Shown: positions 12,395-39,870, counted from the first letter of the stretch. The stretch is DNA of 64,000 nt from Felis catus (GCF_018350175.1 NC_058369.1:11658001-11722000), one strand, 5' to 3'. The notes: a model not told the origin generated them from the sequence alone. Translations and numbers: made by a program.

Positions 12395-13010
12395 AGAACA
12401 CGTGGTGCACAATAGGTTTACTTTACATAGAGTACCTGGCACACAGAGGGAGCATTTTATGCACAGTACCTGGCACTCAGTGGGCATGCTTAATGTCGAG
12501 CACCTGCCAGACAGTAGTCAAGGTTTTTGCAGAGTACACACCAAAGAGTTCATGGCGCACAGTGGGCATGTTTTATGTAAAGTACTTTGCACAGAGTATG
12601 CTTATTTTACGTAAGGCACCTGCCACACAGTAGGAGAGCTCTAAGAGGGCACCGGGCACACGGTAGGTATACTTTTCATGGAACACCCAACACACAGTAG
12701 GTGTGCTTTATGTAGAGCACCTAGCACTTAGTAGGCATGCCTTGTAGAGGGTCCCCAGCACATGTAGGCATGCTTTAGGTCAACACCTGGCATACAGTTG
12801 ACAGGATTTGTGTCAAACAGAAGGGGCACTCAGTGGGTGTACTTTATACGACGTACCTGGCTCGTGGTAGGGACACTTCATGTCGCGTTCCCAACACACG
12901 GTAGGCACACTTTTTGTGGTACCCAGCACATAGTAGGCACACTTTACAGACAGTCTTCTGCAAACAGTAGGTTTACTTTACGTGTATGCTGGCACAGAGC
13001 AGCACACACA
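12395..13010 (+). repeat. Degenerate ~34-bp tandem repeat, ~17 units; also 38404-39019
   Basis: Units start at 12431, 12465, 12499, 12581, 12615, ~12648 and onward; consensus ~AGCACCTGGCACACAGTAGGCATGCTTTATGTAG. Confidence 0.8.
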
Positions 13011-13759
13011 CTAGTCAGGAGCTCTTTCTTGGCAACTTACCTTTTTGGGGGTCCCTGATCTTTCCTACCTTCCTGTGGAACCGTCTTCTGTCCCCCTCTC
13101 AGGCCCTCATCTGACATCCCATTTCCCAGATGGCAAGACTGAGCCTAGAGAGGGCCGGCACAGCCCAAGGTCACAGCCAGGAGGGTGCTGAACTGCGTGC
13201 AGGGTCTCCCAGCTCTGTCTGGGCCCCCCTCCCTCTCCTGGCCTCCTGCAGCCTTAACCCCTCACCTCCAGGTTCCTTCTTCCCACTGGGCTCTTTACCC
13301 CCTGAGTCTGATGCAAGTAACCCCCAGCCAGAAGGGCTTTTTCTTCCTGCCCTCTGCAGTCTTGTGTCAGCCCAGGCCCTAGGCTGCTTGGAGGCAGGGC
13401 TTGAACTCCTGCCAGGCTGTGCAGCCCAGAGGCCCGAGGCTTCCTGATTCTGCGCTGGGAAATGGTGCATGCCTCTGACCTGCCTCATACGTGGAGAGGA
13501 GCCCCAGAGATGTTTTGGGACTAGGCTTGTCTGGACCCTGCCCCCATGGCACCTGAACTCTCACGTTCAAGCTTTTCCCTGCTGTGCCCTGCTGGCCTTG
13601 AAAGGGCAGGGGTGGCTGTTAGCTTGGCGCCCAGGAGTCACTTTGCCCATCCCTCTACAGATCCCCCACCCCACATGGGAGGTGCTGAGTTCTGAGGATG
13701 CAATCCCATACTCTCTTTATAACACGGAAGTCCCCTTCCCTCACCTACTAGTTGGGCCA

Positions 13760-13860
13760 CTGCCAGGTGGGGATGAGGTAAGCAGGCAGGCAGGGATTGG
13801 CTGGTTTAGCCTGGCCACTGCCAGTGTCCCCTAGGTCCGGCACCAGGGACAAAGACTTTC
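13760..13860 (+). promoter_or_regulatory. Putative proximal promoter: inverted CCAAT box (ATTGG 13796-13800), HNF4/DR1-like GGGACAAAGACTT (13846-13858), SRE-like GGTGGGGATGA; duplicated at +26009
   Basis: Motifs immediately upstream of putative exon 1; motif-only evidence. Confidence 0.4.
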
Positions 13861-13861
13861 C

Positions 13862-13909
13862 AAGAGGAGGGAAGAGGAGGCTGTGTGGATAAGCTGCCGT
13901 GGTCTGAAG
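13862..13909 (+). other. Probable short non-coding exon 1 of copy 1 (5' end approximate)
   Basis: gaagaggaggctgtgtggataagctgccgtggtctgaag|gtacct resembles recalled CYP4F 5'UTR exons; next acceptor lies 1 nt before the ATG. Confidence 0.6.
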
Positions 13910-14275
13910 GTACCTGGCTGGGGGTCTTGATCCTGGGTAGCAAAGGATGCTGCCCAAGGGTGGGGTGACTCCAGAGAGCCGCTGGGAGCAGAGTGGCTAT
14001 TGGTGGGTGGTTAGCTACCTCTCTGTGTCTCTGTCCTTCTTTTTCTCCCTCTCACTCACTCTGCCTCTCCCTCTGGAATTGTCTAGGTCCTCCTCCCCTC
14101 TCTGAATCACCATTTGCCCAGTGCTGAGCACTCATCATGCCTACCCCTGTCTGTCCCTGCCCCTCTCATCCCGGTGTGGGGGAGGGGCTCTCCCTCTGTT
14201 CCTGAAGAGTCCAGAGAGCTCACCCTTGGGCCCATTTCCTCGGCCTCAGGAAAATCTGTCCCCTCTGCCTCCAGG

Positions 14276-28136
<13,861 letters not shown>

Positions 28137-29817
28137 CCCGCCAGCTCCTCCTGGCTTGGGATCCACCCCGACCCTACACACGCCCCCTGGTGGATTCCCA
28201 GGACTAGTACTTGGTGGTCTCCTCTGCCCAAGCGCCACTGACAGCCAGCAGGGGGCGCTCGGGACCTGCGGGAACGCAGTGGGAGGGCGAGGGCGAGAGG
28301 TGGGGTGGAGGGGAGGCTGGTGTATGAACACAAGACCCTGGCAGCCTTTCCAGCTGACCACGGCCCCCCCACTCCCCCCGCCATGCTGATTGCGGGTTCT
28401 CCCACAGCCCAATAAGGGCTTTTATCCTGTAGGCAATAGGGTGCCATAGGAGGTGTTTGAGTAGGAGAGGGACCACCGTTAGAGACTGACTGAGGGGCAT
28501 GTTTGAAACTCAGGGTCACAGTGGAGAACCCATAGTGCCACTACTCTCTGGTCACTCTGACCTCTGTTCCTATCTAAGATACCCAAACTTTTCTTACCCC
28601 AGAATTCTTCACTATGTTTCCATGGTCACTATGTTCACTGAAACAAACATAGATGCTTTCTCCTGTGTGTCTGATCATTGCAATCATTGTATCCACTATG
28701 TGGTCTGTTGTTTTTGCTAATTTTCACTGGTAGGGTTAGTGGTCTCGTGTGCCTGTTTATCTTTGCTTGAGTATCCGTTATCATATTTGAAATAACATGT
28801 GTAGAATTTGGAGAAGGTAGCTTTCTCTAGGAGGCATTCTTCGAGCCTTGCTGGTCAAGGATGATGTTAAATGGAGTTCAAGGCTTGTGGTGCCAAGATC
28901 ACCAAGACAGTTTAAATTCCAGCAGAGGTCACACTTGCAGTCCCCTCTACCGGTGTGTTCTCCCCCTGAGCAGTGTAGTTCCTGGAGGCTTCCACCTATG
29001 CAAGGAGGACCTTCTTACAACTTTTCTTTCCCATGTCACTCTAGGCTTTGATTTTTCTCCCCTGGTCGTGAGGCTGTCAAAACAGTTTCACACTTCCCTG
29101 ACTGGCTTCAGCGCAAAAGTATAATTCATGCTCCTTAACTCCAGGTTTCTTTTTTCTTTTCTTTTTTGTAATGTTTATTTATTTTTGACAAAGAGAGAGA
29201 GACAGAGCATAAGCGGGGGAGGGCCAGACAGAGGGGGAGACACAGAATCTGAAACAGGCTCCAGGCTCTGAGCTGTCAGCACAGAGCCTGATGGGGGCTC
29301 GAACTCACAGATCGTGAGATCATGACCTGAGACGAAGTCAGATGCTCTACTGACTGAGCCACCCAGGGGACCCCAGGCTCCTTTTTTCATTTGAGTGGCA
29401 TCTTTGTTACAATTTTTTCCCCACATTTATTCATTGCTGAGAGACAGAGAGAGACAGAGCACAAGCGGGGGACGGGCAGAGAAAAGGGAGACAGAATTGG
29501 AAGCAGGCTCCAGGCTCTGAGCTGTCAGCAGAGCCCGATGCAAGGCTTGAACTCACGAGCTGTGAGATCATGACCTGAGCCGAAGTCGGACGCCCAACTG
29601 ACTGAGCCACCCAGGTGTCCTTTGAGTGTCATCTTTGTAATTCTTTACTGTCTTTTCAGGTCATTTATGCATTTAAGAAATTGGAAAAGGGGGCACCTGG
29701 GTGGCTCAGTTGGTTAGGCGTCCGACTCTTGGTTTTGGCTCAGGTTGTGGTCTCACAGTTTTGTGGGTTTGAGGGTTGCATGGGGCTCTGTGCTGGCAAC
29801 GTGGAGCCTGCTTGGGA

Positions 29818-29850
<33 letters not shown>

Positions 29851-29945
29851 CCCGTCCCCCACTTGCACTGTCTCTGTCTCTCTCAAATAAATCAGTAAAC
29901 TTAAAAAAAAGTAATTGGAAAAGTATCCAGCTGTGAGAGTTGTGT

Positions 29946-30078
29946 TTTTTATTTTTTTTATTTTTATTTTTATTTTTTTTAAACAAGACAAAGTGTTTCA
30001 ACGTTTATTTATTTTGGGACAGAGAGAGACAGAGCATGAACGGGTGAGGGGCAGAGAGAGAGGGAGACACAGATTCGG
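29946..30078 (-). mobile_element. 5'-truncated CAN-SINE fused directly to an L1 remnant; also 55948-56080
   Basis: Long T-tract, SINE 3' part, junction agattcgg|atgtcc. Confidence 0.85.
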
Positions 30079-30570
30079 ATGTCCGTTGATGGATGAATGG
30101 ATAGGGAAGATATGGTGTATATATATATATATATATATATATAGATATATATACACACACACACACAATGGAGCATTACTCAGCAATCAAAAAGAATGAA
30201 ATCTTGCCATTTGCAACTACGTGGATGGAACTGGAGGGTATTATGCTAAGTGAAATTAATCAGTCGGACAAAGACAAATATCATATGACTTCACTCATAT
30301 GAGGACTTTAAGAAACAAAACAGGTGAACATAACAGAGGGGAAACAAAAATAATATAAAAACAGGGAGGGGGACAAAACAGAAGAGACTCTTAAATAGGG
30401 AGAACAAACTGAGGGTTACTAGAGGGGTTGTGGTTGGGGGGATGGGCTAAACGGGTAAGGGGCACTAAGGAATCTACTCCTGAAATCATTGTCGCACCAT
30501 ATGCGAACTAATTTGAACGAAAATTATAAAGATGAAAATAATGTTTAAATCAAAAGAAAAAGAAAAAAAG
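30079..30570 (+). mobile_element. L1 3' remnant, paralogue of 3875-4559 lacking its 5' ~200 nt and left TSD; also 56081-56572
   Basis: Colinear with 4077-4559; right TSD gaagatacagttagtt retained. Confidence 0.9.
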
Positions 30571-30656
30571 GAAGATACAGTTAGTTCTGAATATCCATAG
30601 TTGTTACCTCTGAGTAATTCAAGGGCCTTTGATGCCAAGCTGGCCTTGAAGCTAGG

Positions 30657-30690
<34 letters not shown>

Positions 30691-33600
30691 GTCTAAAGAG
30701 GCATGATCCGGACTTCTTTTTGCTTACGTGTTTCAAGAGGTGGAGGTCACGAGGGTCCCAATGGAGAAAAGACGGTGGGGGGTGGGGGGTGGGAGTGGAA
30801 GGGCCTCCTTCAGCACCTGGGACAGCGGCCGCTCCAGGACTCCCTCCTCTCAAGCTGTAGGAGTACTTGCCCTGGGCTACTGAGTTCCAGGGCCTCAAAA
30901 CCTTTCTGGGCCCACAGATGGGGGGCCCAGGAGGCCTAGTGACTGCAAAATAAGAAGGGAACATTGCAACCTTAAATGAATAAATATTTAGTATATTCTA
31001 AGCTGAAAATAACATGTTTTACTTGCCGAGTTCTTAACTAAAATTACTTTTCCCATTGGGGTGCCTGAGTGGCTCAGTGGGTTAATCGTCCAACTCTTGG
31101 TTTCTGCTTAGGTCATGATCTCAAGGTTCGTGGGTTCGAGCCCCATGTTGGGGTCTGCACTGACAGCGCGGAGCCTGCTTGGGATTCTCTCTCCTTCTTC
31201 CTCTGCCCGCCCCCCTCCCCGCACACCCAATAAATAAATAAACCAAAATTTTCTTTTCATATTCCCAAAATGATACATCTGGGTTTTTTTTTGAAAGAAA
31301 GCACCAGTGGAGTGAGAGGCAGACGGATGGGGAGAGCGAACCCACGTAGCTTGATCTCACTACCCTGGGACCATGACCTGAGGTGAAATCAAGAGTCAGA
31401 TACTCCTGGGGCGTCTGGGTGGTTCAGTCGGTTAAGCATCTGACTTCAGCTCAGGCCACCTTCTCACGGTTCATGATATCAAGCCCCACATTGGGCTCTG
31501 TGTTAATAGCACAGTGCCCGCACTTCAGATCCTTTGTCCACCCCACCCCCGCCCTTCCCCTGCTTCCATTCTCTCTCTGTCTCTCTCAAAATAAATAAGT
31601 AAACTTAAAATAATTAGTCCTAAAAAAAAAGAGTCAAAGGCTCAATTGACTGAGCCACCCAGGTGCCCCAAAATAATACATCTTCCTAGAAGAAAACACC
31701 AAGAAGAAAAAGTAAGAAATAAAAATCACTTTTATATCCATAATTCCAACAAGTCAAAATAATCCCTTCATATTTTCTCACGTATACTTCCACTTGTATT
31801 CGTATGTAATGTTATGCATTAAAAATTATATTTACATCTAAAACGTGCATTTACATTTACACATCATCTTCTGTGTAAAAATGCTCTTTTATTGTCTAAT
31901 AAGTGCATGACAAGATGGACAACATCATTAGACCTTAGGGAAATGCAAACCAATGCAAAGCTTCCATTAAAATTGTCCTTGTCAAGAAATTTTTGGCTAT
32001 TCTAAGTCTTTTGCAATTTCATGTAAATTTTATAATCAGCTTATCTATTTCTACAAAAAGTCCTGCTGGGATTAGGGTTGTGATTTCTTCAAATCTATAA
32101 ATCAATTTGCAGAGACTTACTATCTTAGCAAGGTGGAGTCTTTCAATCCATGAATATTGCTTCTCTCTCCATGAATTTGGGCCTTCTTGGGTTTCTTCCA
32201 CAAGTGTTTTCAAATTTTCTTCATAGAAATCTGGAACACATTTTGTTAGATTTATACCTCAGTTTTTCACTTTTTCTGGTGCATAATACTTTAAAATGGG
32301 TATATGAAAATATTGTTCCGATTGTTTATTGCTTCTATCCAGCAGACTTGGCGTTCTTTTTCTGCAAAGGACCATATGGGAAACATTTTAGGCTTTGCAC
32401 ATCCCATTCAGGATCTCCTCTTCCTCTTGCCCCTCTTCTCCGTTTACAATGGTCTTATTTTTGAGAGAGGGAGAGACAGAGACAGAGACAGAGGCAGAGT
32501 GTGATTGGGGGAGGGGCAGAGAGGGAGAGGGAGACACGCAATCTGAAGCAGGTTCCAGGCTCTGAGCTGTCAGCACAGAGCCTGATGCAGGGCTTGAACT
32601 CACAGACCGTGAGATCATGACCTGAGCAAAGTCGGACGTTGAACCGACTGAGCCACCCAGGTGCCCCCTACAGTCCTCTTAAAATATAAAAACACCTCTT
32701 AGCTTATAGACCATACGAAAACAGGCCACAGGCCAGATTGGTCCATGGACCATAGTTTTCTAATCCCTGGAATATAGAAGTAGAATTTCTATGTTTTATA
32801 TTCTAGGTAGAATATCTTCTGTATACATTTTTGTCTATTGATCTTGTATCCTGAACTCTATTAGGTAATTCCCATTGGAACACAGAAAATGTGGTTGTTT
32901 CCTCAGTCTTAAAAAGTCCCTTCCCTTGACCCACTTTCCCACTGATGAACCATTTCTTCCCTCCACCATGAGCTAACTCCTCCAAAGAGTGAGCTCTACT
33001 TGTGTTCAATGTCTCCTCTTGCACTACAAACAGGCTTTGAGTTTCTGCTAAGGACTGAGATGGTGAATTAATGAGAGAGGGAGGAGGAGAGGCATGAAGC
33101 CCATCGATCCCAGGACTCTGCTGCACCTGTGTATATTGATTCTAAAGGACAGGAGCCTGCTGTCACTCACTGCTGTGGGTGTCTTTCCTTTCTTGGGTGT
33201 GTGGGCGACGCCCTCTGCTGGAATTTTTGGGGACAACAGGCTCTGGCCTGGCCTCTGGTCTCCATTAATTCAACATGTGTGTGAGTGTGTCTGTGTCTAA
33301 GTGTATGTGTGACTGTGTGTGCGTTCGTGCTACTGTGTGTATGCATGTGCGAGGGTGTGTGTATGTGAGTGTATCCACGTAATTGGGTGCATGGATGGGA
33401 ACATGTGTGTAAATCTGTGTGCATGTGTGTTTGTGTGTGCACAATGAGTGTGCGTGTGTAAGCGTGCCACTGTGTGCATGCGTGGATGCATTGGTGTGTG
33501 TGTGTAAAGGTGTGACTGTGTGTATCTTGAAGTCGCTAAACCCTGTAATGGGCAGGGACCTTAAGTGGTTAAATAAGGGTGACTGGAAGACGGAGCCCTT

Positions 33601-36600
33601 TACAAAGCTATGGGCAGGGCCAAGGGAAACCGTGGAGGCTAGTGCAGCGCCCTGGGGCTAGCATCAGCTGAGAGCCGCCACCACTGCCAGGTTGATGGGG
33701 CCAAAGAGTAGCTATTTCTGGAATCCAGAGAGCTTAACTGTCGTGGAGAGTGGAGGTAGCCTTCGGCAGAGAATGGACGCCATTTCTCTAATCTCCTCGG
33801 ATTGCCTGCAGGTGCCCACCACTGACCCAACGCCATATTCTCATTTGACCCCAAGAGGCTGTAGGGAGGTGGCCAAAGACTCCTGTGGTAGCCCAGTGTC
33901 TTGAGCTGGGTTGGTGTCCACTCCACATGTCTCCGCAGAGGGGGGTTCAACAGTTCCTCTGCACCAGGGTGGCTCCCTTGTCTGCTGGCTAAGCAGACAT
34001 CAGAATGGGAGGGGGGCAAAGTCCTGCCTGTTCCCTTGCACGCCCTTCTGGTTTTGTTTTTGTTTTTCTGTGATGTCCTTGGGGCCCCCCTCCTTGGCTT
34101 TTGCATGAGAAATAGCCTTTTACCCTCCAGGGATGATCTCTGTTGATGGCGACCCCCACTGATGGAGTGGTGGGGGTGGTCTGACTACTTTCCAGAGCTG
34201 GCACCACCCCAAAAGTCCTGTGCAGGGGAAGTTGATGCAGCTATTTGGGGCCCCAGGACTTTCCTGAAGTTTCCCTTCAGCCTTCTTTTTCCAAAGCCAG
34301 CTTCTTTGCTCTCCTGGTCCTTCTGCCAAGAAGCTGGAAACTCCAGCTTATGGGTCTGGCCCTTGACATGCTTTGGGGGCTGGTTGGGTTTCCTGATCTT
34401 TATTATGGCGACTGAAATGGAACAACCGTTTCCAGCTTGAGTGTTGGGCCACATTTCACCACCGTGGATCTCCCTACAGGGCTGGTTCCTGCTTCCCTCC
34501 CGGATGGATACTGAGGGAAATTGCCTCTATTGTCTTTGTTTACCTCAGCATGTCTGAGGAAGGAAGGAGGAATGACAGAGTTTTCAAGCCATTTGATTAC
34601 CTCACTGTGTGCCGGGTGTTTACAGTCCTGCTGTGGCTTTAGGGGCAAAGAGCGATCGTTATTCACTGTTCGCTCTTCCATGTCACTCAAGTTTCTGCTC
34701 AGAGGTCAACTCCACAGGGCAGCCCTCCCCGATGGCCTCCTTGCTCACTTGCTGGTTCTCATTCTGTTAATTTCCTTCATTACCACCCCACCATCTGACT
34801 TGGTCTTGTTTCCCATCAGCTTCTCCCATCAGACATGAGCACCACCATCCGGAGACCTTATCTGTTTTGTTCATCCTGGGTCTCGGGTTCAAGCACCATG
34901 TCTGGCATAGAGTCTCTGGTACAGTTTTGTTGTTGTTGTTGTTGAAGAACAAACTACCTGGGAGGTGTAAGTCCCCCTTTCCATCTTACTGAGGAGGGCA
35001 TGAGGCACGGAGAGGACAAGTGATTTGTCCACGGTCACACAGCCAGCGAGGAGCAGGGCTGGGATCCGAGCTCTGTTGGGCTGAATCCGGAACCTGTTCC
35101 TTCCCAAAGGCCGAGGAAAGGAAAAGAGAGACTCCAGCCACCAGGCAGCCTCCCTGCTTGGTGTAGAGGGACCCCAGGCTGACTCCTGGGAGAGGTGTCT
35201 TCATGGTGTCACAAAAGACGAACTGCTCACCTGTTCAGTGCACCAACCATGGGCCCCTTCCCCCACTGTGACAATCCTTGTTTCCTCTGAAATTTGTGTT
35301 TGTGTGATAAAAATTATAGCAGCACAGTGTGGGAGAGAGAAAGCGTGAGACAAGTAGCACGTGAGAAGAATCAAGACTCCACTTGTACTCTCTCCACTTC
35401 CACTGTGATGTGTGGATTCTTCTGGAATATTCTCAGTGCATATGCAAACGTGCACACACACAGATCCACACACATATTCAGAAGCTTTAGCCGTCGACGA
35501 GCTCATTACTCATATGCCAATTTTTTCATTGAGGTATGATCGGCATATAACATTATATTAGTTTCAGGTGCACAGCATGATCCCACATGTGTATATATTG
35601 CAAAACGATCACCGCGAAAAGTCTAGTGAACACCCGTCTCCACACGTAGCTATAGACTGTTCTTTGTCTCGTGATGAGAGCTTTTAAGATCTACTCTCTT
35701 TGCAACTTTGAAATATACAATACAGTGCTATTAACTATGGTCACCAAGCTTTGCATTGCATCCCTAGGACTGATTTATTTTATAACGAGAAATTTGTACC
35801 TTTTGACCTCCTTCACCCATTGCACCCATTGCCTACACCCTTCTGGCCACCAGCAGTGTGTTCTCCATTTCTATGAGTTCATTTTTTTAAAGAATACATA
35901 TAAGTGAGATCATATGGTACTGTTTTTTTCTGTTTGGTTTATTTCACTTAGCATAATGCCCTCAAGGTCCATCCGTCCTCCCATGTAGTCACAAAGGGAA
36001 ACATTTCCTTCACATGTCACTTTGAAAGGTCCTTTCCCCTTCTCTCCCTGATGGGGTCTGATAGAATGCTTGCATTGCCCTGTGAGGTTGTACCAAGCTC
36101 ACTTTACGGACATGAAGATGGAGGCTCAGAGGGGTGATAGGCTGTGCCCAAAGCTTGTGACTCACAGAATGACTGCCACCTCTCGTCTGACACACACTTG
36201 TCCACTTCCAGGCTCTGTGTGTGGATGGGGGTTGACGTCTGGAGGGGAGGTCAACCTCTGCCTTTCTGTGTGTGGCTGGGGGCCATTGCATAAGCCAGGA
36301 TTGTGTCATTGGCAGCTGAGACATTCCTTGTTGGATGAGAAACCACTGGGGATGCTCTGATCCTTCTCTGGCTCAGAGCAGAATGTCCACACCTGAGGCT
36401 TCCTGCCTCAAGAGTCAGGGGGAGCCCCGGTCCAACAGACTCTGCCTTCTTGATCACTGGAGGTTGTGGGTTGGGGTATGGGGGTTGACCTCTGGGGGGG
36501 TCAACCTCTGCCTTTCTGTGTGTGGCTGGCGGCCATTTCCCAGAGGCCCTGTGTGGTTTTAGTCCTTGGTATGGCTCATCAAAGTTCAACACCTACTTAC

Positions 36601-39600
36601 AGCTTCCGTATGGGGCCGGATTTTGCCAGCTGCCTTGGCCTTGGTGAGTTGTGTGATCTTGCATGTGTGTGCTCTTAGCCCCCGTGTCAAAAGAACAACA
36701 AGCCACCTGCCTTTTTGGGCAGCATGGGTTTCCCGCCCCACGCTTGCCCCTGGTGACTCTCCCTCTTCCTCCAGGTCTCTGCTCGCCCTGATGCCGGGCT
36801 GAAGGTGGGACCCTCCCCCCGGCACATCCCTTATCACGGTCCGTTATGTTCTTGATCATTTACTGGATCACCGCCCATCTCCCCACTAGATGCGAGGCCC
36901 TTGACTGTGGAGTCTGTATTCACTGCTGCATTCTCGGTGCCTAAAATTGTGTGCCCCCCACACAACAGATGGTCAGTAGACACGTGGTTGTGTGAACAAG
37001 CCCTGGAGATTTAGATTTCTTGTCTCCTTACGTTCTGACTGAAACAAAACAAGATAAAACTGGGAATCCGAGAAGTGAAGCCTTTCCCCTCCCCACTTTC
37101 TCTGCAGAACCTGGACTCAGAGGTCTTAAAGCAACATTTCTTAAAGCTTGAAGGCATGTACACTTTTCCTGAGGATTTACTTAGACGCAGTTTGGAGTCA
37201 ATATTTCTGGGCCGGGGTGCGAGATTCTGAATGTCCCTCAAGCTCTCAGGTGATGCCTAGGGTGGAGGTCTGAGGACCACACTGAGTAACCGAATCTTAG
37301 AACTCATGGCTGCAAACCTTTCTTTCATCCCCAGATATTTAATGAGCACGTACTATGTTCTAGGCTCTGCTGCCGTCTGTGCTGTCATATTCACCTCATT
37401 AGCTGTGGGGCTGCAGCAAGTTGCCTCACCTATCTCAATCTCCGGTTCCTCCTCTGTCAAAACGGGCTCGTGAATTGTGGGGCTGTTGGATAATTGCACC
37501 ACCACAACAGCAGCGAGAACAGTGACTGGCATGTATTAAGCCCGCCCTTCTTGTGTCCTATGTGTTTTACGTGCGTCGGCTTTTAAAATTATTCCTGCTA
37601 TCTTAGGAGGTGGCGCTAGCGAAATGCCCTCTGCAGAGGGGAAGGAGCATGGCTGAGAGGGTCAGGGCGCCTAGTGGGAAGTGGGTGCTGCCCCGGTGCC
37701 CAGGGTGGCTCCACCGGCTGTGTGACTTGGGACAGCTGTACAATAGGGAGAAAAACGTTGTTGATATACCTACAGGTCTTAAAACGGGATTGTGGCTCAT
37801 GTGGACAAATGCCACTCCTGCTGTAGCTGCCTGCCCATTCCTGGCACACAGTAGGTGCACAGTGAGCTGAGCCACACTAGGCACTGGGTGCTCTTTCTCT
37901 TGTATGTCCAGGATTCTTCTTGGATCATTGTACTCTGACCTTGCCTCTTGGCCCTGATATGGGTGGGCCTGCCAGCAGGGGAGGGCTGCCTCCACGGAAG
38001 GGGAGGAAATCAGGGGGTGGGGTGGGAAGAGGGTGCAACCCACCCATGGAGGGCTTCAGGACCAGCCACCAGGACCCCCTGGCTGGAGGGAGAGGGAGGT
38101 TTGGGGTCTTCCCAGCACTCTGCCCGTGTCAGGACGACTCTTTGCCCGTGCCCTGCTCAGTAGCTTTGCCAAGCTTGGCCCGGGCTTGGGAGTGTGGCAG
38201 ACCTGAGATCCTCCCAGCTCTGCAACTTGGGAGAGAGGCTTGCTTTCTCTGAGCCTCTTTTGTTTGCTCTTCTGTTAAATAGGCATCTTCCCTCCTATGG
38301 ATGTCATCGCCTGGATCTCTCTCTCTCTGATTCCAGGGCACTGGCCCAGAAAGTTGGCAGGTGCGGGGGAGAGGGGGCGGAGATGTTTCATTATCTCATT
38401 GGCAGAACACGTGGTGCACAATAGGTTTACTTTACATAGAGTACCTGGCACACAGAGGGAGCATTTTATGCACAGTACCTGGCACTCAGTGGGCATGCTT
38501 AATGTCGAGCACCTGCCAGACAGTAGTCAAGGTTTTTGCAGAGTACACACCAAAGAGTTCATGGCGCACAGTGGGCATGTTTTATGTAAAGTACTTTGCA
38601 CAGAGTATGCTTATTTTACGTAAGGCACCTGCCACACAGTAGGAGAGCTCTAAGAGGGCACCGGGCACACGGTAGGTATACTTTTCATGGAACACCCAAC
38701 ACACAGTAGGTGTGCTTTATGTAGAGCACCTAGCACTTAGTAGGCATGCCTTGTAGAGGGTCCCCAGCACATGTAGGCATGCTTTAGGTCAACACCTGGC
38801 ATACAGTTGACAGGATTTGTGTCAAACAGAAGGGGCACTCAGTGGGTGTACTTTATACGACGTACCTGGCTCGTGGTAGGGACACTTCATGTCGCGTTCC
38901 CAACACACGGTAGGCACACTTTTTGTGGTACCCAGCACATAGTAGGCACACTTTACAGACAGTCTTCTGCAAACAGTAGGTTTACTTTACGTGTATGCTG
39001 GCACAGAGCAGCACACACACTAGTCAGGAGCTCTTTCTTGGCAACTTACCTTTTTGGGGGTCCCTGATCTTTCCTACCTTCCTGTGGAACCGTCTTCTGT
39101 CCCCCTCTCAGGCCCTCATCTGACATCCCATTTCCCAGATGGCAAGACTGAGCCTAGAGAGGGCCGGCACAGCCCAAGGTCACAGCCAGGAGGGTGCTGA
39201 ACTGCGTGCAGGGTCTCCCAGCTCTGTCTGGGCCCCCCTCCCTCTCCTGGCCTCCTGCAGCCTTAACCCCTCACCTCCAGGTTCCTTCTTCCCACTGGGC
39301 TCTTTACCCCCTGAGTCTGATGCAAGTAACCCCCAGCCAGAAGGGCTTTTTCTTCCTGCCCTCTGCAGTCTTGTGTCAGCCCAGGCCCTAGGCTGCTTGG
39401 AGGCAGGGCTTGAACTCCTGCCAGGCTGTGCAGCCCAGAGGCCCGAGGCTTCCTGATTCTGCGCTGGGAAATGGTGCATGCCTCTGACCTGCCTCATACG
39501 TGGAGAGGAGCCCCAGAGATGTTTTGGGACTAGGCTTGTCTGGACCCTGCCCCCATGGCACCTGAACTCTCACGTTCAAGCTTTTCCCTGCTGTGCCCTG

Positions 39601-39870
39601 CTGGCCTTGAAAGGGCAGGGGTGGCTGTTAGCTTGGCGCCCAGGAGTCACTTTGCCCATCCCTCTACAGATCCCCCACCCCACATGGGAGGTGCTGAGTT
39701 CTGAGGATGCAATCCCATACTCTCTTTATAACACGGAAGTCCCCTTCCCTCACCTACTAGTTGGGCCACTGCCAGGTGGGGATGAGGTAAGCAGGCAGGC
39801 AGGGATTGGCTGGTTTAGCCTGGCCACTGCCAGTGTCCCCTAGGTCCGGCACCAGGGACAAAGACTTTCC

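Noticed and set aside
12395..13010. CRISPR-like periodic array
   Set aside because: Mammalian DNA, degenerate head-to-tail units without unique spacers, no cas genes
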